This document shows, in pieces, positions 15,890 to 23,367 of a stretch of 32,000 bases of DNA. Position 1 is the stretch's first letter. Each line of letters opens with the position of its first letter. This stretch comes from Kiritimatiella glycovorans (GTDB lineage: Bacteria > Verrucomicrobiota > Kiritimatiellia > Kiritimatiellales > Kiritimatiellaceae), in contig NZ_CP010904.1 in assembly GCF_001017655.1 (NCBI RefSeq), positions 2,010,001 through 2,042,000 of the forward strand. The letters are read 5' to 3'. The notes under the pieces were generated by a model. It had not been told where the DNA came from, ran no database searches, and was given only the letters and a program-made list of their open reading frames with translations. Made by a program: the position numbers and the translations under genes.

Positions 15890-16730
15890 GCAAAAGTGGA
15901 CGGAGCGGTTCGCCTATGACGAGGAGGACCGCCCCTTTCTCGACCATCTCGAGGCCTTCCGGGTGACCCTGATCCGGTGCGTCATCACGGTCGTGGTGAC
16001 GATGCTGATCTGCATCCCGCTCGCGCCGTTCATTATCCGGACCCTGCAGCGCCCGCTGAAACGGTCGATCGAGGATCCCAGCTCGCTACTGATCTCGATG
16101 CAGGTGGCGGGTGCGTTTACGCTGACCATGAAGGTGGTCTTCGCGAGCGGGATCATTCTCGGCGCCCCGGTGCTCCTCTTCTATATCGGCGAGTTCGTGC
16201 TCCCGGGAATCAAGGAGACCGAGCGCAAATGGGTCCTGCGCTTCATCGCCGCCTCCGGCGTCCTGTTCGCCGTCGGCGTGGCGATGGGCTACCTCGTCAC
16301 CCTCCCCCTCGCCCTGCGGGTCATGCTCAAGATCCATGAATGGATTCATGTGGGGCCGATGTGGACGATCAACAGCTACATCGGGTTCGCGCTCCAGCTC
16401 CTGCTCGGGTTCGGGCTCGCGTTCGAGCTGCCCGTCATCCTTTTCATCCTGGGCAAAATGGGGATTGTGGATTCGCGCCAGCTCAGACGCTACCGCCGAC
16501 ACGTGATCATCGGCCTGCTCGTCATGGCCATGATCCTCACCCCGCCCGACATCACGACCCAGGTGCTGATGGCTCTGCCCTTGATCGTGCTCTACGAGTG
16601 CTGTATATGGTTACTCTGGTTTACGGGGGAAAAGCAGGAAACGGAAGACGCGGAGCCGGAGACGGCGCCCGATACGACCGGAACGGATGAGGGCGCGTCG
16701 CCGCCCGAAGACTCGGGAGAGGACATATGA
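15876..16730 (+). CDS. tatC: Twin-arginine translocase subunit TatC
   Basis: FLDHLEAFRVTLIRCVI..., six predicted TM segments, and the conserved L.FELP and TPPD motifs (AFELPVILFIL, LTPPDITTQ). It overlaps the tatA start (ATGA). Confidence 0.92.
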   Translation: MRKIKQKWTERFAYDEEDRPFLDHLEAFRVTLIRCVITVVVTMLICIPLAPFIIRTLQRPLKRSIEDPSSLLISMQVAGAFTLTMKVVFASGIILGAPVLLFYIGEFVLPGIKETERKWVLRFIAASGVLFAVGVAMGYLVTLPLALRVMLKIHEWIHVGPMWTINSYIGFALQLLLGFGLAFELPVILFILGKMGIVDSRQLRRYRRHVIIGLLVMAMILTPPDITTQVLMALPLIVLYECCIWLLWFTGEKQETEDAEPETAPDTTGTDEGASPPEDSGEDI

Positions 16731-17026
16731 ACACTGTCGGCTTTATGGGCGGTCTGCCGGGCGGACCGGAAATCCTGATCATTCTCTTCGTAATCCTGCT
16801 GCTCTTCGGGGGCAAGAAGCTGCCCGAACTGGCGCGTTCGCTCGGCAAGAGCCTGGGCGAGTTCAAACGCGGCCAGAAAGAAGGCAACGAATCCCTGAGC
16901 AGCCTTGAGGATAAGACCCAGGACGAGCTTGAGGAAGGCGAATCCAAAGGGGCCGGTAACGACGAAAAAACCGCCCCGCAGAACGCCGGGTCGGGAACGG
17001 AAGACCGGACCAAGGTGTCCTCCTGA
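16727..17026 (+). CDS. tatA: Twin-arginine translocase subunit TatA
   Basis: GGPEILIILFVILLLFGGKKLPELARSLGKSLGEFKRG is the canonical TatA N-terminus. Confidence 0.88.
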   Translation: MNTVGFMGGLPGGPEILIILFVILLLFGGKKLPELARSLGKSLGEFKRGQKEGNESLSSLEDKTQDELEEGESKGAGNDEKTAPQNAGSGTEDRTKVSS

Positions 17027-17315
17027 TCGCCGCTCCGAGCCCTCCCGCACTTCCGGCTTGACTCTGTTTTTCGGCTCCGCTACCCTTTCTTTCCTTAACG
17101 GCTAACGGCTGATGGAACGCGGATCGCTCAGGCGGTACGCTGTTCGCTTGCCGGACGGTCCTGCGCGGAGACCTTGCGCTCCCGCACCGTCCGCGAGTCG
17201 CCCGATATTTCCGCCGCAGAAAGGCGCAGGCGTCTACCGGACGCGCGCCGCGGCCTGCAGATGCGCGAAAGGAGCTGAATCGTTCGCGCGCCACTAATAC
17301 GAAAGGAGAAACGTT

Positions 17316-18773
17316 TTGGAAAAACTCAAACACGATAAGCCGGGGCTGCCCTCTTCGCTCTACCGTCCTCTGACGGAAGGCGGCGTGGAGAACATCGCCG
17401 ACGCCGCGTTCGAGGTGCTCGAAAAATCGGGCATGGCCGTCTACTCCGAGACCGCCTTCGAGGCGCTCAAAGCCGCGGGCGCGCAGACCGATTCCGCCTC
17501 CCGGACCGTCCGCTTTCCCCGGTCGATGGTCGAGGACGCGATTGCGTCCAATCCCTCCTCCGTCACGCTTCACGCCCGCGACCCCGAATATAATGCCGTA
17601 CTGGAAAAGAACCGGGTTCACTACGGCACCGGCGGAACCGCGATCTATGTGATCGACCCGATCACCGGCGAACGGCGCCAGTCGAATCTCTCCGACGTCG
17701 CGCTCAATGCGCGCATGGTCGACGCGCTCGATCACATCCATGTCTTCACGATCAACGTCTTTCCCAACGAGATCACCGATCCCGATCTGATCGACACCAA
17801 CCGCTTCTTCCACGCCCTCAATCACACCCGCAAGCACGTCATGGGCGGCATCTACTCGATGAAGGGCTGCCGCAGCGTGGTCAAAATGGCCGAGATGATC
17901 GCCGGCGGCGAGGGCGCGCTGCGGGCCAAACCCTTCGTCTCGTTCATCACGCTGATCATCAGCCCGTTCAAGATCGACGACAGCTACGGCGAGATCACCT
18001 GCTACCTCGCGCAGGAGCACCTCCCCGTGGTGGTGCCCACAGAGCCGATCTGCGGCACGACCGCCCCGATCACCCTCGCGGGCAACGTCCTGACGCACAC
18101 GGCCGAGACGCTCGCAGGCATCACCCTCGTGCAGTCGGTCAGCCGGGGCGCCCCCGGCATCTGCGGGAGCGTGGGATCGACCACCAACCTCAGCAACATG
18201 GACCATCTCGGCGGATCGATCGAGCGGGCCATGATCAATTCCGCCGTCTCGCAGATGGCGCAGCACTTCGAGATCCCGCTCTATTCGACCGGCGGCACCT
18301 CGGACGCGAAGGAGGTCGACGTCCAGGCCGCGTACGAAACCTCGATGTCCAGCCTGCTCGTGGCCATGTCGGGAGCGAATTACATCCACGACATCGCCGG
18401 TCTCATGGAGGCCGACCTCACCGTGGCCTACGACAAGCTGGTGCTCGACAACGAGATCCTCGGCATGTGCCAGCGGGTACTCCGCGGCGTGGAGGTCAAC
18501 GATGAAACCCTCGCCAAGGACCTGATCATCGAAAAGGGACCCACGGAGGATTACCTCACGGAGGAACATACCATCGAGCACATGCGCGACGAGTTCTTCG
18601 TCCCGAAGCTCGCGAACCGGGATAAGCGCGAGCACTACGACGCCGGGAACAGCGCCCTCGCCCGCGCACGCAAGTACGTGCAGGAATTCTGCGAGACCCC
18701 GCCCGGGAATCTGCTCGACGAGAATCTCCGGACGCAGATCCGCACGGAATTTCCGGAAATCCGGGACGTATAG
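17316..18773 (+). CDS. MttB-superfamily (trimethylamine methyltransferase family) protein, non-pyrrolysine, paralog 1
   Basis: 485 aa from a TTG start, with AAAGGAGA 5-6 nt upstream. Family-typical segments: IADAAFEVLEKSGMAV, FPRSMVEDAI...PSSVTLHARDP, HYGTGGTA, PFVSFITLIISP, LPVVV...CGTTAPITLAG, and the C-terminal DNEILGM..R.L.G.EV..ETLA. There is no in-frame UAG. Confidence 0.88.
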   Translation: MEKLKHDKPGLPSSLYRPLTEGGVENIADAAFEVLEKSGMAVYSETAFEALKAAGAQTDSASRTVRFPRSMVEDAIASNPSSVTLHARDPEYNAVLEKNRVHYGTGGTAIYVIDPITGERRQSNLSDVALNARMVDALDHIHVFTINVFPNEITDPDLIDTNRFFHALNHTRKHVMGGIYSMKGCRSVVKMAEMIAGGEGALRAKPFVSFITLIISPFKIDDSYGEITCYLAQEHLPVVVPTEPICGTTAPITLAGNVLTHTAETLAGITLVQSVSRGAPGICGSVGSTTNLSNMDHLGGSIERAMINSAVSQMAQHFEIPLYSTGGTSDAKEVDVQAAYETSMSSLLVAMSGANYIHDIAGLMEADLTVAYDKLVLDNEILGMCQRVLRGVEVNDETLAKDLIIEKGPTEDYLTEEHTIEHMRDEFFVPKLANRDKREHYDAGNSALARARKYVQEFCETPPGNLLDENLRTQIRTEFPEIRDV

Positions 18774-18857
18774 CGCGAACCGTCACAGAGCAAAACGGAG
18801 CAGTCCGTGCCCCTGCACCTGCGGGGGCACGATCCTACCACGAAACGACAGGAGCAG

Positions 18858-20354
18858 ATGACGATGACGAACGCCACGAAGCAACGCGAAGGGGTGCTGG
18901 TTAAACCGAAGTGCCGGCTCTCGGAAGACCAGATCGCACAGATCGACCGGATGTCCCGCGAACTTCTCGAAAACCCGGGACTGATCTGCTACAATGCGCA
19001 GACGGCCGAACTGCTGAAAGAGGCCGGGGCCGAGGTCCAGGAGGAGACCTCGGAATACACCCGCATCCGCATCCCCTCGAGCCTGATCGACCGCGTCGTC
19101 GAAAGTGCGCCCTCAACCGTCACCCTCGGCGCCCGCAACCCGGACAACCGGCTGGTCCTCGACGCGCACGAGCCGCGCGTACGCTTCGGCAGCGGGTCGG
19201 AAACCAATTTCTGGCTCGATCTGGATTTCGAAAACGGCAAGCCTGTCTTCACGCGCAAACCCGGATCGATCGAACAGCTCTGCCGGACCGCCCGGCTCTG
19301 CGACCGGCTCGAAAACCTCGATTTCTTTATCCGCTGCATCAATATCCGTGACCGGGACATCGACGAGACCAACAAGGACGTCAACAAGTTCCTCGCCAGC
19401 CTGAATAACATCACCAAACACGTGCAGGCGGGCCTCACGTCGCTGGACGCGCTCGAGGATGTGCTCAACATCGGCCGGATCATCGCGGGCGGCGAGGACG
19501 CCTTTCGCGAGAACCCCGTGCTCTCGTTCATCACCTGCGTCATCAAGAGCCCGATGCAGGTGACCGACGACACGGCGGACAAGCTGATCGCCATCGCACG
19601 CGCCGGGGCGCCGGTGGTCATCTCGAGCTGTCCGATGGGCGGCGCGACGGGGCCGTTCGACGAGTTCGGCATGGTCGCGCAGATCAACGCCGAGCTGCTC
19701 GCCGGCGTCTGCATCAACCAGTGCGCGAACCCCGGCGCCCCCGTCCTCTACGGGGCCGTTCCGGTGCGCACGCGGCTGGACAACCTGAACGACATGTACG
19801 GGGCTCCGGAATTCGTCCATTACAACCTCGACTGCGCCCAGATGGCCCGCCACTACGGCCTCCCCTGCTACTCGACCGCGGGCGTGGCCGACACGTCGGA
19901 ACCGGGCATCCAGGCCACCGTCGAAAAGATGCTGACCTACATGACGGTGCCTCAGGGCGGTGCGCAGTATATCCACTACGCCTTCGGGCTGCTCGAGCGC
20001 ACGAACACGTTCTCGCCCGAACAGGCGATCCTCGACGACGCCCAGATCGGCATCGCGAAGCGCGCCCTGGCCGAACCGGACGTGTCGGAAGAGCGGTACG
20101 ACGAGGTCCGCGATACGATCCGCGAGGTCATGGACTCGGACCACAAGTCCTACGTCTACCACCTCCCCCTCCCGACCGAGGAACCCGTCTACGTCGCCTA
20201 CCCTTACGAAGACGGCGACGAGGGACCGCTCAAGGCCGCGCAGGAACGCTACCGCGAGATCCTCGCCGAGCCCGCGGAACCGCTTCCGGAAGATATCCTG
20301 CAACGGCTGCGCGACGAAGTGCCCGGCATTCTCGACGCGACGCTCAAGAGCTGA
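18858..20354 (+). CDS. MttB-superfamily protein, non-pyrrolysine, paralog 2 (divergent from paralog 1)
   Basis: ATG at 18858 preceded by ACAGGAG; the track ORF starts at an upstream GTG (18807). IDRMSRELLENPGLIC, IPSSLIDRVVESAPSTVTLGARNP, PVLSFITCVIKSP, APVVISSCPMGGATGP and LDDAQIGIAKRAL align by eye with paralog 1 at roughly one third identity. There is no in-frame UAG. Confidence 0.85.
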   Translation: MTMTNATKQREGVLVKPKCRLSEDQIAQIDRMSRELLENPGLICYNAQTAELLKEAGAEVQEETSEYTRIRIPSSLIDRVVESAPSTVTLGARNPDNRLVLDAHEPRVRFGSGSETNFWLDLDFENGKPVFTRKPGSIEQLCRTARLCDRLENLDFFIRCINIRDRDIDETNKDVNKFLASLNNITKHVQAGLTSLDALEDVLNIGRIIAGGEDAFRENPVLSFITCVIKSPMQVTDDTADKLIAIARAGAPVVISSCPMGGATGPFDEFGMVAQINAELLAGVCINQCANPGAPVLYGAVPVRTRLDNLNDMYGAPEFVHYNLDCAQMARHYGLPCYSTAGVADTSEPGIQATVEKMLTYMTVPQGGAQYIHYAFGLLERTNTFSPEQAILDDAQIGIAKRALAEPDVSEERYDEVRDTIREVMDSDHKSYVYHLPLPTEEPVYVAYPYEDGDEGPLKAAQERYREILAEPAEPLPEDILQRLRDEVPGILDATLKS

Positions 20355-20390
20355 AGCGACCCATCCCCAACGACGACAAGGAGCGACATC

Positions 20391-21689
20391 ATGGCCCCGA
20401 ACTACAAAGCCGACGACCAGATGCCCGCCTACAGCGAGGCCGTAAAGAGCGGACTCTACGCCAAGAAGAGCGGGCTCACCGGCAAGTACGACAACGTGCG
20501 GCGCTACTGGGAGGACGAGATCACGCGTCATTTCCTCTACCGCCCCATCCACCAGGCGGTGGAACGCTGCCGCTGCGAGATGCGCCGGCTGCGCATCATG
20601 GACCTCGGCTGCGGAAGCGCCGACGGCTACGAGCTGCTGGCCGGCATCCGCGACCGGGATTCCGACCTGCAGGACGACGAGGTGCACCTGCTCGACCCCG
20701 ATGTGCTCGGACTCTATCACGGCACGGACCTGAACGAGGATCTGCTCGACCAGGGCCGCGCGATCTACGGGAACGATCCCAAGCTGCGCTTCTCCCAGGC
20801 GGACTTTTCTCAGGGCATCCCGATCGAGAAAGGCGACAAGCCCTACGACCTGTACTTCACGTCGTTCGGAACCTGCTCGCACCACACCGACGACCGGAGC
20901 TTCGTGCGGATGATGACGGATATCGCGCGCAAGACCGAGAGCTACGCGGTGGTGGTCTGCGACTGGCTCGGGCGTTATTCGTATGAATGGCAGACGCTCT
21001 GGACCAACGATCCCTCACAAAACCGGGTGATGGACTACGTGGTCTCGTACATCTACGACAAGGAGGAACGCGAGCAGCGGCGCGATGAACTCCAGCACCT
21101 GAACCTGCGGCTGATGAGCCGTCCGGAGATCGATAAGCTCATCGCCCAGGCGTCGCAGCGCGCGAAGGTCGAGATCAAGCCCACGCGCTTCTTCGACCGT
21201 TCGGTCTTCGTCGGCCGCCACCTCGACACCGGCGAGTACAATCCCCACGCGCAGCCGATCCGCGCCGCGGTCAACTCGCTGCACGAACCGAACCAGCGAA
21301 CCGACCTCAGCACGCTGCTGATCAACTACTGCCCGCGCGAGGGGTTCGAAACCATCAACGACTACTTCGAAAACCTCCAGCTCTGCTGGAACACGGTGGT
21401 CAAGGACGCGATGAAGCAGCTCGTCAATTACAACCCGGACCGCCAGGAATACATGGAGAAACCGCCCCCCATCCCCAATTCCTACCCCCAGGTGCTGCGC
21501 ACCGCGCTGGAACGCATGCGGCGGATCATTGAAGGCGTCGGGTGGCTGCACGCCGGCCTGCCCCGCGAGAACATCATCGAGCCCCAGCTCGGGTACGCGC
21601 TCCGCTCGCTGGAGATGGGCCTCCAGCGGGGACAGGGCTGCTCGCACGGCCTCGTGGGCGTGTTCGAAATCGACAAAACGGGGAAATAG
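20391..21689 (+). CDS. Class I SAM-dependent methyltransferase with a large uncharacterised C-terminal region
   Basis: 432 aa, with an AAGGAG Shine-Dalgarno. Rossmann MTase motifs: motif I IMDLGCGSADG, acidic motif II YHGTDLNEDLL, FSQADF, and motif IV YDLYFTSFG. About 235 residues after position ~195 match nothing I recognise. Confidence 0.7.
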   Translation: MAPNYKADDQMPAYSEAVKSGLYAKKSGLTGKYDNVRRYWEDEITRHFLYRPIHQAVERCRCEMRRLRIMDLGCGSADGYELLAGIRDRDSDLQDDEVHLLDPDVLGLYHGTDLNEDLLDQGRAIYGNDPKLRFSQADFSQGIPIEKGDKPYDLYFTSFGTCSHHTDDRSFVRMMTDIARKTESYAVVVCDWLGRYSYEWQTLWTNDPSQNRVMDYVVSYIYDKEEREQRRDELQHLNLRLMSRPEIDKLIAQASQRAKVEIKPTRFFDRSVFVGRHLDTGEYNPHAQPIRAAVNSLHEPNQRTDLSTLLINYCPREGFETINDYFENLQLCWNTVVKDAMKQLVNYNPDRQEYMEKPPPIPNSYPQVLRTALERMRRIIEGVGWLHAGLPRENIIEPQLGYALRSLEMGLQRGQGCSHGLVGVFEIDKTGK

Positions 21690-21691
21690 CC

Positions 21692-23215
21692 ATGTGCGGA
21701 ATCGCCGCTCTCTGGAATCAGCGCAACGACGCCATGCTCGACGCCATGCTCGAGCGGGTGGTTCACCGCGGGCCCGACGAACACGGGACGCACCACAACC
21801 GCCGCGGGTCGCTCGGCCACCGGCGTCTTTCGATCATGGATCCGGAGGGCGGACACCAGCCGATCCTGTCCGGCGACGGCCGCCGCGCCGTCATCGCCAA
21901 CGGGGAGATCTACAACTTCCCGTCGCTCCGCCCGGAGCTGGAGAAGGAGCACCGATTCCGTTCGCGCAGCGACAGCGAGGCTCCGCTCCATCTCTATGAG
22001 GACCTCGCCGACCGCGCCGCGGACCGGCTGGACGGCATGTACGCCTTCGTGGTGGCCGACGACGAGCAGCTCTATGCCGCGCGCGATCCGGTGGGCATCA
22101 AGCCGCTGTACCTGGGCCGGACGCCGGAGGGACCGGTCTTCGGTTCGGAACTCAAACAATTCGACGGGCTCACCTCGGAGGTCAGGGAATTCCCCCCCGG
22201 CACCTGTTATCACACGGAACACGGCTGGCGGACCTTCGCCCCCATCCCCGAGAGGGAACCCGAAGAAGGCCGGAGCACGGAGGACTGGTGCTCGGAAATC
22301 CGCACCACCCTCACGAACTCCGTGACTAAACGCATGATGAGCGACGTACCCGTGGGCGCGTTCCTCTCCGGCGGACTCGACAGCAGCCTGATCGCGGCGA
22401 TCATCCGTCGGCAGGTCGAGGAGCTGCACACGTTCTCGGTGGGGGTCGAGGGCAGCCGCGATATCCAGGCCGCCCGCCTCGTGGCCCGCCACATCGGCAG
22501 CATCCACCACGAGTACGTCTTCACCGAAGAGGAAGTGCGGGACGCCCTGCCCGAGATTCTCTATCATCTGGAATCCTTCGACCAGGACCTGGTGCGCAGC
22601 GCGATCCCCTGTTACTTCACCTCGCGCCTCGCCGCGCAGCATGTGAAGGTCATCCACACGGGAGAAGGCGCCGACGAACTTTTCGCGGGATATACCTATG
22701 TGAAGGACATCGATCATCACGACGACCTGCACAACGAACTCTACCGCAGCGTGACCGCGCTGCATAACATCAACCTGCAGCGGGTCGACCGCCTCACCAT
22801 GGCCCACTCACTCGAAGGCCGCGTGCCGTTTCTGGATCTGGACATGATCGAACTGGCCCAGCGGATTCCCGCCCGCTTCAAGCTCTGGAGAGACGAGCAG
22901 GGTCAGCCGGTGGAGAAGTGGATTCTGCGCAAGGCGTTCGAGGATTTGCTCCCGGAGGAAATCGTCTGGCGCGGCAAGGAACAGTTCGACGAAGGCAGCG
23001 GAACGGTGGATATCATCGAGCGCGGCATCCGCCATTTCATTCGTCCGGAGACGGCCGCGGAGTACAGCCGCTCGCAGTCCGGACACCGTCTGCGCTCCCC
23101 GGAAGAATGCGCCTACCACAAGGTCCTCGCCGACCAGTTCGAAACCCCGGAACTCGTCCTCAGCAATGTCGGCCGCTGGGCCGACCGCCCGGAGGGTAAC
23201 GAACTCCCCGGTTAA
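21692..23215 (+). CDS. asnB: Asparagine synthetase B-type glutamine-hydrolysing amidotransferase
   Basis: MCGIAALW (N-terminal Cys2 nucleophile), RGPD, HRRLSI.D...GHQP, and the PP-loop SGGLDSS. The ATG at 21692 lies 2 nt after the methyltransferase stop. The track ORF start at 21542 is an upstream extension inside the methyltransferase gene. Confidence 0.9.
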   Translation: MCGIAALWNQRNDAMLDAMLERVVHRGPDEHGTHHNRRGSLGHRRLSIMDPEGGHQPILSGDGRRAVIANGEIYNFPSLRPELEKEHRFRSRSDSEAPLHLYEDLADRAADRLDGMYAFVVADDEQLYAARDPVGIKPLYLGRTPEGPVFGSELKQFDGLTSEVREFPPGTCYHTEHGWRTFAPIPEREPEEGRSTEDWCSEIRTTLTNSVTKRMMSDVPVGAFLSGGLDSSLIAAIIRRQVEELHTFSVGVEGSRDIQAARLVARHIGSIHHEYVFTEEEVRDALPEILYHLESFDQDLVRSAIPCYFTSRLAAQHVKVIHTGEGADELFAGYTYVKDIDHHDDLHNELYRSVTALHNINLQRVDRLTMAHSLEGRVPFLDLDMIELAQRIPARFKLWRDEQGQPVEKWILRKAFEDLLPEEIVWRGKEQFDEGSGTVDIIERGIRHFIRPETAAEYSRSQSGHRLRSPEECAYHKVLADQFETPELVLSNVGRWADRPEGNELPG

Positions 23216-23367
23216 ACTCAGCAGCGGCTTCCGTCCTCTGAAGTGACTTCAACCCGTTTTTCTCTCGCCAAGCCGCCAAGGTCGCCAAGGATTTTCTTCC
23301 TTTGGGGGAGCACGATTCCTTTGCCTGTGCTCTTCTCATTCCTCTTTGCGAGATTCATTGCTTATGT

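Noticed and set aside
17027-17315. Cobalamin riboswitch upstream of the MttB genes (attractive because MttB enzymes use corrinoid partners)
   Set aside because: Only a weak resemblance (GGAGACCTTGC) to the B12-box core was found. The other conserved cobalamin-riboswitch blocks are not recognisable by eye. I likewise could not match SAM, THF, glycine or guanidine riboswitch consensus sequences. It is kept only as an unclassified structured leader.
17316-20354. In-frame amber (pyrrolysine) codon in the MttB-family genes
   Set aside because: Both reading frames are continuous from start to stop with no internal TAG. No pylTSBCD genes are in the window.
16863-20885. Two 590-aa minus-strand ORFs (16863..18635 and 19113..20885), plus the 421-aa plus-strand ORF 19721..20986
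   Set aside because: They are antisense or out-of-frame relative to the two MttB-family genes and the methyltransferase, which have clear family motifs and Shine-Dalgarno sequences. Their composition is dominated by Arg, Gly, Ala and Asp/His runs. They are shadow ORFs.
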